Positions 23,064-31,533 of a stretch of 32,000 nt of DNA are shown here, one piece after another. The number at the start of each line of letters is the position of its first letter. The stretch's first letter is position 1. Source of the DNA: Mycolicibacterium smegmatis (lineage in GTDB: Bacteria; Actinomycetota; Actinomycetes; Mycobacteriales; Mycobacteriaceae); NCBI RefSeq assembly GCF_001457595.1, contig NZ_LN831039.1, positions 5,520,001-5,552,000 of the forward strand, in the 5' to 3' direction. The position numbers and the translations under genes were made by a program. The notes below the pieces were generated by a model. That model made no database searches. It saw nothing but the letters and a program-made list of their open reading frames with translations, and was not told the DNA's origin.

Positions 23064-23660
23064 ATGGAGCTGGCGGTGCAAGGCTCGTTGTTCGAGCATG
23101 CCGAACGTCGCCCGCTGGGCAATGGCGCCTGGATCGAGCTGCGTTCGGGCTGGTTGGCTGACGCCGATTCGCTGTTCGAAGAGCTCATGGACACCATCCC
23201 GTGGCGTGCCGAGCAACGCGAGATGTACGACCGCGTGGTCGACGTGCCACGGCTGGTCAGCTTCCACAATCTGGTCGATGAGCCCGCGCCGCACCCGCGC
23301 CTCAAGCAGATCCGCCGCAGGCTCAACGACACCTACGGCCGCGAACTCGGCGAACCGTTCACCACAGCCGGGCTGTGCCTGTACCGCGACGGCGACGACA
23401 GTGTGGCCTGGCACGGCGACACGATCGGCCGCAGCCGCACCCGCGACACCATGGTGGCGATCGTGAGTCTGGGCGCGACACGGGTTTTCGCGCTACGTCC
23501 CCGCGGTGGCGGTCATGCCCTGCGCCTGCAGCAGCAACACGGCGATCTGCTGGTGATGGGCGGATCGTGTCAGCGCACGTGGGAGCACTCGGTCCCGAAG
23601 ACCAGCAGGCTGATCGGGCCGCGGATCAGCATCCAGTTCCGCCCGCACAACGTCCGCTGA
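23064..23660 (+). CDS. AlkB-like 2OG-Fe(II) dioxygenase (198 aa)
   Basis: WHGDTIGR (HxD), WEHSVPKT, GPRISIQFRP motifs. Confidence 0.9.
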   Translation: MELAVQGSLFEHAERRPLGNGAWIELRSGWLADADSLFEELMDTIPWRAEQREMYDRVVDVPRLVSFHNLVDEPAPHPRLKQIRRRLNDTYGRELGEPFTTAGLCLYRDGDDSVAWHGDTIGRSRTRDTMVAIVSLGATRVFALRPRGGGHALRLQQQHGDLLVMGGSCQRTWEHSVPKTSRLIGPRISIQFRPHNVR

Positions 23661-23673
23661 CGCGTCCCCGCAC

Positions 23674-24351
23674 TTATCCCCGGACCGCGGCCACGGCCGC
23701 CGAAAGCAGTTCACGGGCACGTTCCGTGTCGACCTTGGCCACGGGCTTGTCGGGCAGCACCAGCGGGTTGGCGGTCACGATCACCATGTAGTTGTCGAAG
23801 CTCGCGACATAGTTGTAGAGCTCACCGGTGCGCGGCTGCCCCTGGATCATCGTCTGGATGATGCGGTGCGTACCGACCGTGCGGGCGTCGTCTATCTGCG
23901 GCGATTCGACGACGTCGACCTGCCCGCGCGCGCCTGTCCCGAGGAACTTCACGCGCTTGCACTCGTCACCGGGATCGCTCAGCGGGACGGGCTCCGAGGT
24001 CTCCACGGCCATCACGATGAACCGGTTGCCCTCACCCTCGGCCGCGGTCGCGGCCATGTTGCCCTGCAGTCCCGGCGGAAACTGTTGTCCCTCGGCGAAC
24101 TTCGCGCAGTCGGCGGGCTCGAACTTCACGCCCTCGGGCAACTTCTGCGGTGACAGCAGCTTCGGGTCGATACCGGTGGGCGCGACCTCGCTGACCTTGA
24201 ACTCGGGGCCGAACGACGATTTCAGCTGAGCCACCTTGGCGATGTCGGCGTCGGGATACGCCGGCCCGTCCGAACTGCAGCCTGCGAGCGCCATGGCAGA
24301 CGCCATCAGGCCCGAGGTGACGAGTGCCAGGGTGCGGGTGGGGTTGGACAT
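23674..24351 (-). CDS. DUF5642-family lipoprotein (225 aa)
   Basis: Signal peptide with lipobox (MALAGC); start reset to ATG 24351; synteny with Rv0999. Confidence 0.8.
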   Translation of the reverse strand: MSNPTRTLALVTSGLMASAMALAGCSSDGPAYPDADIAKVAQLKSSFGPEFKVSEVAPTGIDPKLLSPQKLPEGVKFEPADCAKFAEGQQFPPGLQGNMAATAAEGEGNRFIVMAVETSEPVPLSDPGDECKRVKFLGTGARGQVDVVESPQIDDARTVGTHRIIQTMIQGQPRTGELYNYVASFDNYMVIVTANPLVLPDKPVAKVDTERARELLSAAVAAVRG

Positions 24352-24380
24352 CGCGGGTAAATGTACCCGGCGCACGCGGT

Positions 24381-25061
24381 TCAGCCCCGTAACGCCGACA
24401 CGGTTTTCACCAGTAACGCGGCCGCGAAGCCGGCGTCGAGCGCGGGGTTCGGCGATCCCGGATCGGTGATGACGGTGACCGCGCAGCGGTGGTGCTCCGA
24501 CTCGGCCGCGAAGGTGTCGGCGCGGCTCTGCGTCTCGGTGCCGCCTTCGACGACGGTCACGATGGTCGCGGACATGCCCGCGGTCCGCGCTCCGTCGATC
24601 GCAGGCGCGTCCAGGCGCGTCACGGTCGCGGTGGAGTGCCCGCCCGTCACGGTCCACACGCCGCACTCGGCGTCCTGGATCGGCGCGGTGACATCAGCGA
24701 CGACGGCGTAGACGATGCCGCCCGGGCCGGACGCGGTCCAGCCCCGCGCACTCGCGGGATCGACGGCGCCGAGCGCGGCCTGGCCACATTCCGGTGGCGC
24801 GGCGCCCCAGCCCGCACCGAAGCCCCACTGTGAGACCGGGTCGACACGGCCGTCCAACCCGCTGACCTCGTAGCCGGGCGGTAGGTCGTAGCGCACCCGG
24901 TCGATTCTGGCCGGGTCGACCGGCCCGCGGGCGCTGGTCGGACGCGGCGCAGACGACGCGGCGGGTGGGGCCTGCTCGCCGCAGGCCGCGATGACGGGCG
25001 CCGCAGCGATGCACATCGCGACGGCCACCGCACAGAGGCGCACGGCGCGTTGATACCACAC
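24381..25061 (-). CDS. Second DUF5642-like lipoprotein (226 aa)
   Basis: Signal peptide with VIAAC lipobox; C-terminal layout similar to its neighbour. Confidence 0.7.
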   Translation of the reverse strand: MWYQRAVRLCAVAVAMCIAAAPVIAACGEQAPPAASSAPRPTSARGPVDPARIDRVRYDLPPGYEVSGLDGRVDPVSQWGFGAGWGAAPPECGQAALGAVDPASARGWTASGPGGIVYAVVADVTAPIQDAECGVWTVTGGHSTATVTRLDAPAIDGARTAGMSATIVTVVEGGTETQSRADTFAAESEHHRCAVTVITDPGSPNPALDAGFAAALLVKTVSALRG

Positions 25062-25157
25062 GAGTTGCTACCCGGAAGAGTCCTTGCGCACATGTCGCGC
25101 GTCAATTTCGGCGAGGTGCCGCACGGAACCGGAGCACAGTGAACTAGGGTGCGGGCC

Positions 25158-26129
25158 ATGTGCACTCGGGTTCTGTGGAACAGCAACAAGTTGGCCGTGT
25201 TGAGCGGACGCAGCATGGACTGGCCGGAGTCGACCGAACCGCTCATCGTGGCGTTTGCGAGCGGACGCGACCGTGACGGCGGGCTGCTGGCGGGTCATCC
25301 GGTGATCCCGGAGAATCCCCTGCGCTGGACCAGTCGCCACGCGAGCCTGGCGACCACGGTGTACGGCCTGGGAACCGTCGACGGCATCAATGCCGCGGGC
25401 CTCGGCGTCCACGCGCTGTACCTCAAGTCGACCGATGTCGGCCCACGCAATCCGGACCTGCCCGGCCTGCACACGGGCCTGTGGGCGCAGTACCTGCTGG
25501 ACCAGGCCGCCACTGTCGAAGAGGCGCTCGCGCTCATGCAGGACGTCCAGTTGGTCATGGTCGGCGCCCGCGGGCGCGAGGCCACGCTGCACCTCGCCAT
25601 CGAAGACGCCACGGGCGACTCGGCGATCCTGGAGCTCGAGGCAGGCAAGCTCGCGGTGCACCACGGCAGGCAGTTCACGCTGATGACCAACGACCCCACC
25701 TACGACGAGCAACTCGCACTGCTGGCCAAGCAGGACTTCTCGCATCCCACGCGTGAACTGCCGCTGCCCGGCAATGTCAACCCCGTCGACCGGTTCCAGC
25801 GCGCGGCCTACTACTCCGCGCTGCTGCCCGAGCCGACGGGCATCCGGCAAGGCGTCGCGAGCGTCATGGCGATCATGCGCAACGTCTCGGTGCCGTTCGG
25901 CGCGCCCTACGGTGAATTCGGCGTCTACAACACCGAATACCGCACGGTGAGCGACCTGACCCACAAGCTGTACTTCTTCGAACTCAGCACCAGCCCCAGC
26001 GTCATCTGGGTCGAATTCGACCATCTCGAACTGCCCGCAGCCGGGCAGGCCGTCGCGATCGACCCCTACGACGAGACCCTCACCGGAAACGTCACGGACC
26101 GCTTCACGCCGCGCGAACTCGCGTTCTGA
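25158..26129 (+). CDS. Linear amide C-N hydrolase, choloylglycine hydrolase/penicillin acylase type (323 aa)
   Basis: Ntn Cys2 (MCTRVLW), GRSMDWPE, LMTNDPTYDEQ; TAGGGT -10-like element at 25145-25150 fits a leaderless ATG at 25158. Confidence 0.9.
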   Translation: MCTRVLWNSNKLAVLSGRSMDWPESTEPLIVAFASGRDRDGGLLAGHPVIPENPLRWTSRHASLATTVYGLGTVDGINAAGLGVHALYLKSTDVGPRNPDLPGLHTGLWAQYLLDQAATVEEALALMQDVQLVMVGARGREATLHLAIEDATGDSAILELEAGKLAVHHGRQFTLMTNDPTYDEQLALLAKQDFSHPTRELPLPGNVNPVDRFQRAAYYSALLPEPTGIRQGVASVMAIMRNVSVPFGAPYGEFGVYNTEYRTVSDLTHKLYFFELSTSPSVIWVEFDHLELPAAGQAVAIDPYDETLTGNVTDRFTPRELAF

Positions 26130-27635
26130 TCACGCGGCGTCGTCCGCTCGGGCCGCGGGCTTGTCCGCGTTGTCCGTGTCCTTGTTCCCAGCCGCCGGGC
26201 CGGCGTCGTGCGACGACGCCGGTTTCGGGCGCTTGGGGGTCAGGGCGCTCAACAACCGCTTGAGCGGGCGGTCGCCGGTGGCCTTGCGGATCGTGGGGAG
26301 CTTGGGTGCGTCGAAACTGATGGGTCCGCGCACCTTGGGCCGCAACGGTTTCGGTGATGCCTTCTTGGTGTCGGCGACGGGCGTCTCGTCCTCGACCGCG
26401 GGTTCGTCCTCGACGACGGGCTCGGGTTCCGCAGCGGGCTTCGCCAGATCCTTGCGCTCGGTCTTCTCGACGACGGTCGTGTGCGACGACACAGGCAGCG
26501 TGGGCTTGGCGAGTGAGATCACGCCCGCGGGAAGACCTTTCAGTTCGGTGTCCTCGCCGCCGACACCGAAAACACCCGACGGTTGGGTGCCCAGTGGCCG
26601 GCCGTGCCCGAGTTCTTCCATGGCGTCGTCGACACCGACCGGGATGGCTGCGATGAAGTTCCGGGTGAGCGTGATCGGGTTGACGATCGGGATCAGACGG
26701 GCCGGCGTCGGCGCACCGGGAGCGATGTCGCGGCGGTAACCCGCCTCAACCAGCACGCGCAGGGGTTCGTCGACCGCGAGCAGGATGGGTCGTGGCACGC
26801 CGATGGTCTCCAACGGCATGAGCAGCGGCATGATGTCGGTGCCGATGACGAAATACTCGGTGTCGCCGGTGCTTCCGACCGGAACCAGGTCGGGCCTGTC
26901 GAGTTCCGGATAGGTGGGGTGCAGCACCGCGATCCCCGCCACGGCGTTGGCGAGCGCCAGGACGTTGAGTGGATAGACGGGGAAGTCGGACCAGCCGTCG
27001 TGCACGAACGAGATGCTCTTGGTGTCGAAGGCGTACCCGTCACTGTCGGTGCGGGTGGCGCCGTCGAACGTCACCCCGAGGATCGGGATGTGCCATCCGG
27101 GAAAGCGCGCCATCACGCCGCCGTTTCCCTTCGCAACGTCGGACACCAGCACGTAGTTGATGTCGACGGCGTAGTCGCCGTCGGCGATGCGTCTGTTCTT
27201 GTCCGCCGTGAGAATCCGCGTGCTCGACGAGTACCCGAGGATCACCAGCGGACTTCCGAAATGTCCCTCTTTGGCCATCTCCGCCTGCAGTGCGGCCAGG
27301 CCCGCGACGGTCGATTCGTCGAAACTCATGGAACCGTAGACAGGCCAGAAGTTCTGGGGCGTGTGCACGGCGTAGCGGTACTCGCCGGGGAACTCGGCAC
27401 CGATGTAGTTGTCGGTCTGCCCATTGACGTATTCCGGTGGCGGAGCAGGGGTTCCGGTGCCACCGATGACCAGCGCGCGCGGATGGCTGAGCAGTAGATG
27501 CGCCGCGGTGGACATGGATGTGGACACGCACAGCACAACCACTGCGACAAAGACCAGAAATGCTGCACTCAGCGAATGAAGCAGGCGCCCCACCCTCGAC
27601 CCCTCCCCGACGGGACTGCATATCCACGGCAACAC
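26130..27635 (-). CDS. Secreted PE-PPE-domain (serine esterase-like) protein lacking PE/PPE N-terminus (501 aa)
   Basis: N-terminal hydrophobic signal, ALVIGGTGTPAP, VILGYSSSTRI (GxSxS), charged Pro/Lys-rich tail. Confidence 0.85.
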   Translation of the reverse strand: MLPWICSPVGEGSRVGRLLHSLSAAFLVFVAVVVLCVSTSMSTAAHLLLSHPRALVIGGTGTPAPPPEYVNGQTDNYIGAEFPGEYRYAVHTPQNFWPVYGSMSFDESTVAGLAALQAEMAKEGHFGSPLVILGYSSSTRILTADKNRRIADGDYAVDINYVLVSDVAKGNGGVMARFPGWHIPILGVTFDGATRTDSDGYAFDTKSISFVHDGWSDFPVYPLNVLALANAVAGIAVLHPTYPELDRPDLVPVGSTGDTEYFVIGTDIMPLLMPLETIGVPRPILLAVDEPLRVLVEAGYRRDIAPGAPTPARLIPIVNPITLTRNFIAAIPVGVDDAMEELGHGRPLGTQPSGVFGVGGEDTELKGLPAGVISLAKPTLPVSSHTTVVEKTERKDLAKPAAEPEPVVEDEPAVEDETPVADTKKASPKPLRPKVRGPISFDAPKLPTIRKATGDRPLKRLLSALTPKRPKPASSHDAGPAAGNKDTDNADKPAARADDAA

Positions 27636-27887
27636 GACGGCACCCCGTGAGAGTTATCGCCGAACTCGATACGGCGCGCGCTGACCAGGATCTTGCCTGA
27701 AACCGGCGGTCAAGAAAAGCCGGAAACGGAACCGCGAGAGCAATCTTTGCATCCGCAAACAAGTTTCGTTGAAAACGCAACCGAAACAAGATCATGCAAT
27801 TCTGGCAAACATAATCGCCGTGTCGCCGTATCATCTGCTTACGCCACTTACGGGTGTGCCAATTCCCCTACCGACGGGAGCCCCCCG

Positions 27888-28604
27888 ATGATCACGACAT
27901 TTCGATCGGGCGGAGCAGTTCTGGCCGCCTGCGCGCTCGCGACGGCGCTGTCCGCGTGCGGATCCGACGTGACGGCCGGGCAGGCCACGACCGGGGACCA
28001 GACGACATCCGCGACGAGCACGGCGGCGCAGACCTCTGCGAAGGCCGCCCCCGAGCCGATAGCCGAAGGTACGTCCGGTCCTCACTACACGATCGTCGAC
28101 TACATCCGCGACAACGGGATCACCGAAACGCCCGTGCACCGCGGCGATCCGGGCACGCCGGTGCTCGACATCCCGATTCCGCCGGGGTGGGCCGACGCAG
28201 GTCCGGACACACCCGAATGGGCATGGTCGGCGATGGTGTCGACCGATCCCGCGTTCGCCGACGACCCGCCGATGATCATCGCGCTCATGTCACGGCTCAC
28301 CGGTGATGTGGACCCGGCCAAGATCCTCGAATACGCGCCGAACGAGATCAAGAACCTGCCCGGTTACGACGGCGAGGGCAGCGAAGGTACCGCCGACGAA
28401 CTCAGCGGTTTCGACGCCTACCAGATCGGCGGCATGTACGTCCGGGACGGTCAGCAACGGTTGATCGCCCAGAAGACCGTGGTGATCCCCGGACAGGACG
28501 GGCTGTACGTGTTGCAACTCAATGCCGACGGCACCGAGGATCAGCTCGGCACACTGCTGGACGCGACGTCGGTCATCGACGAGAAGACCGTCATCACACC
28601 CTGA
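27888..28604 (+). CDS. LpqN/LpqT-family lipoprotein (238 aa)
   Basis: Lipobox ALSACGSD; DYIRDNGITETPV and GWADAGPDTPEWAW LpqN-type sequence; ATG at 27888. Confidence 0.85.
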   Translation: MITTFRSGGAVLAACALATALSACGSDVTAGQATTGDQTTSATSTAAQTSAKAAPEPIAEGTSGPHYTIVDYIRDNGITETPVHRGDPGTPVLDIPIPPGWADAGPDTPEWAWSAMVSTDPAFADDPPMIIALMSRLTGDVDPAKILEYAPNEIKNLPGYDGEGSEGTADELSGFDAYQIGGMYVRDGQQRLIAQKTVVIPGQDGLYVLQLNADGTEDQLGTLLDATSVIDEKTVITP

Positions 28605-28612
28605 TTCGTGAT

Positions 28613-29461
28613 TCAGGCCCGAGAAAAAGCCGAGGCCTCCGCGATCTGCTCGGCCGTGGGGCGCACCCCGGTGTAGCGCTCGAACTGTTCGGCGGCCTGC
28701 AGCGCGATCACCTCGGCTCCGGTGATGACGGGCTTGCCCGCGGACCGGGCCGCCACGATCAGCGGGGTCTCGGCGGGCATGGCGACGACGTCGAACACCA
28801 CGGCCGCCGCCTCTACGGTGCCGGGTTCGAACGCGCTGAGTTGCGCCTCGGGCCCGCCGGCCATCCCGATGGGCGTCACGTTGACCAGGATCGCCGCGGT
28901 GCGCTCGGCGACCTCAGGCGTGTACTCGTAGCCGAGCCGGGACGCGAGTGCGGCTCCGGTGTCGCGGTTGCGCGCGACGATGGTCCCACGGCGAAAGCCG
29001 TTGTCGCGGAAGGCCGCCGCCACCGCGTTGGCCATGCCTCCACTGCCCCGGATCAGCACCGGGTCGTCCTCGGCGAGCCCGTGCTGTTCGATGAGCGCCT
29101 GCACCGCGATGTAGTCGGTGTTCGACGCGACCAGGTATCCGCCCGGCACCGAAAGGTCGTTCACGATGGTGTTGACCGCATCGATCGCCCGCGCCGACGG
29201 TTCGATCTCGTCGACGAGCGCCATGACATCCTGCTTGAACGGCATCGACACCGAGCAGCCGCGGATGCCCAAGGCACGCACACCGCCGATCGCCGCGGCG
29301 ATGTCGGTGGTGCTGAACGCCTTGTACAGGAAGTCGAGCCCGAGTTTGTCGTAGAGATAATTGTGGAAGCGCGTGCCGTGGTTGCTCGGCCGCGCGGCCA
29401 GCGAGATGCAGACCTTGGTGTCTTTGTTGATTGGTGGCCGCCTGTTGTCCGCCCCACTCAC
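28613..29461 (-). CDS. Shikimate dehydrogenase-like (AroE-like) protein of uncertain substrate (282 aa)
   Basis: SVSMPFKQDV (catalytic Lys), AVNTIVN, SNTDY (catalytic Asp), GSGGMANAVAAAF; GTG start. Confidence 0.82.
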   Translation of the reverse strand: MSGADNRRPPINKDTKVCISLAARPSNHGTRFHNYLYDKLGLDFLYKAFSTTDIAAAIGGVRALGIRGCSVSMPFKQDVMALVDEIEPSARAIDAVNTIVNDLSVPGGYLVASNTDYIAVQALIEQHGLAEDDPVLIRGSGGMANAVAAAFRDNGFRRGTIVARNRDTGAALASRLGYEYTPEVAERTAAILVNVTPIGMAGGPEAQLSAFEPGTVEAAAVVFDVVAMPAETPLIVAARSAGKPVITGAEVIALQAAEQFERYTGVRPTAEQIAEASAFSRA

Positions 29462-30459
29462 TGGCTCACCGCCCGGATCACCTTTCGCGTGGCGTCGCGG
29501 ATCTGGTCGATCAATTCAGGTTCGAACGGCACCGTGTCGACCGGCGGCACGTCCACCTCCGTCATCACCACCCCGAGATCCTCTCGCACCCACACCGCCC
29601 CCAGCCGATCCATGATCTTGCGCATCGCCATGTTGTCGGTGAGGACCCTTGCGTTGAAACGTTGCACTCCAACGTAATTGGCGGAGACGATCAGAGCACC
29701 CATCAAGAAGCTGCCGATGCCCCGGCCCTGGTAGTCGTCGCCGACAGTGAACGCGACCTCCGCCATGGTCGCGTTGTGCCCCTCGCGGACGAACCGGGCG
29801 TCGGCGATCACGGGCCCCAGCGCCCCCTCGGTCATCACCCAGACGAAGTGGTCGGCGTAGTCGACCTCGAACAGGTACTCGAGCAGTGCCCTGGTGGGTT
29901 TACGTACCGACTGGAAACGCCGGTACAGCGTCTCGCTGGAGAACTCCACGGGGCCGTTGAGTGTGCGTTCCACGTCGCCGGGAAGCACCGGCCGTAGATA
30001 GAACCACTCGCCGGTGCGCACCTGCACCGGGATCGGCGTGATGAACGCCGCCAGCCGCTGACGGGCGATGCGCACGAGCCGGTCGAACATGCCGGGCAGG
30101 TGCAGGATCGTGTCGAACGCGTCCCGGTCCCCCACCCAGCCGATGACCGGTTCGGCCGCCACCACCGTCGCGGTGCGCGGCGCGTCGCGCAGCAGCGCGA
30201 TCTCGCCGATGATGAGGCCCGGCTCAATGTCGAGGACGATCGGCGGGCCGTCGGCGACCGCATGGCTCACCTGGACGCGGCCCGACTCGATCAGCATGAA
30301 GGTCAACGCGGGGTCGCCCTGCCGGATCAGCACCTGACCGGGCTCGGCCTTGAGGGGACGCAGCTGGGTGGCCAGCGGTTCGAGCGCGGACGGTCGGCAA
30401 CCTGTGAAGAACTCAAGGGCCGCCAGATCGGCGGCGCGAACCTCGGTCAGTTCCGCCAC
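29458..30459 (-). CDS. pat: cAMP-binding GNAT protein lysine acetyltransferase, Pat/Rv0998-like (333 aa)
   Basis: Cyclic nucleotide-binding [15 protein letters not shown] plus GNAT fold with [13 protein letters not shown]. Confidence 0.95.
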
Positions 30460-30491
30460 ATTCCCAGGCTACGACGTGGCTTCTCCGCCGG

Positions 30492-30656
30492 TCAGACCTT
30501 GGCGATTCCGTCCACGACACGCGCCAGACGGCCTAGGCTGCGCGGGTCGCAACCGGCAGGCAAAGCCACCCAGGTGTCGCCCGAACGGACGACAGCTATC
30601 GCGGGAGTTTCGGGACCGCTACTCTGCCGCGAACACAACTGGACGCCGTCGGCCAC
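30492..30656 (-). CDS. Candidate small ORF (54 aa from GTG; frame open further upstream)
   Basis: VADGVQLCSRQSSGPETPAIAVVRSGDTWVALPAGCDPRSLGRLARVVDGIAKV*; not in the supplied track; GC3 about 72%. Confidence 0.35.
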   Translation of the reverse strand: MADGVQLCSRQSSGPETPAIAVVRSGDTWVALPAGCDPRSLGRLARVVDGIAKV

Positions 30657-30679
30657 CGATTTTCCGGGCCCCGGCGGGG

Positions 30680-31234
30680 TCAGCTCCCGAACATGATTTC
30701 GTCGAGCTCGAGAGCCTTCATCTCGAGCCTCTGCCCCAGATAGATGTCGGCCTGCACCAGCCTCTCGGCGTGCCAGCGAATGTCTTCGGCATGCTCACGC
30801 GAGGCCGTGAAACGCTTCGCCATCGTCGCGACATCTATTCGCCGGGTGTCACGGACGGACAGGTCCTCACCGACGCGAAATCCGTCGGCCTCAGCCGCGG
30901 CGATCGCCTCGAGAACCTGGTTCACCGACCGCCGGATGTCGCGGCTGCCGTCCTCGGCGATGTTGGCGGCCTCGCGCTGGATGTCACCCTGCTGCCGCAC
31001 GAGCGCCGCGTCGGCCGTCACCCGCTCGAGTGCGACCTCGCCGGCATTTCCCGACCACTCGCTTCCGCCGGGAGCGGCGACATTCTGCCGATGCCACTCG
31101 AACAGTTCCTCCGACTGTGCGGCCATCTGACGCCAGCGCATGGCGGCGTCATCGAGATGGCTTGTGTCCCAATTTTCTATCTGGGAACGCGTGGGTATGG
31201 CGCCGGGGCTTCCGGCGGTGTGGGTGGTGCTCAC
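30680..31234 (-). CDS. Type VII secretion-associated WXG-like helical protein (184 aa)
   Basis: IPTRSQIENWDTSHLDDAAMRWRQ...GGSEWSGNAGEVALERV resembles N-terminal modules of mycobacterial T7SS substrates/toxins; ATGA overlap with upstream ORF. Confidence 0.7.
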   Translation of the reverse strand: MSTTHTAGSPGAIPTRSQIENWDTSHLDDAAMRWRQMAAQSEELFEWHRQNVAAPGGSEWSGNAGEVALERVTADAALVRQQGDIQREAANIAEDGSRDIRRSVNQVLEAIAAAEADGFRVGEDLSVRDTRRIDVATMAKRFTASREHAEDIRWHAERLVQADIYLGQRLEMKALELDEIMFGS

Positions 31235-31533
31235 ATCAACTCCGCCATACCCCCAGCAGAGTCTTCGTCGGCAGTTTCGAAGAGAAGCGCGCCGGCGAGC
31301 ATGTCGGCCGCCTGAGCGTTGATCCGGGTGGACTGGCGGGCCCGTGCCGCCGTGATGGCAGCGTCCATCGCCGACACACCCGCGTGGGTCGGGCTGTCGG
31401 CGCCCACGCCGACATGGCCGACCGTCAATTCAGCTGCGATCAACTCACTGCTGACCGCACCCGCTCTGAGCCCGCCCGAATCGACTCTCAGATCGCTTGC
31501 CATTGCAATCCCCCAACTGGCCAATCTGCTCAA
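31231..31533 (-). CDS. EspC/DUF2580-like small protein (100 aa; likely start MASDLRV at about 31503)
   Basis: LRVDSGGLRAGAV...PTHAGVSAMDAAITAARARQSTRINAQAADM...FETADEDSA. Confidence 0.72.
   Translation of the reverse strand: MSRLASWGIAMASDLRVDSGGLRAGAVSSELIAAELTVGHVGVGADSPTHAGVSAMDAAITAARARQSTRINAQAADMLAGALLFETADEDSAGGMAELM

Noticed and set aside
25068-26024. 318-aa minus-strand ORF
   Set aside because: Antisense to the intact Ntn-hydrolase gene.
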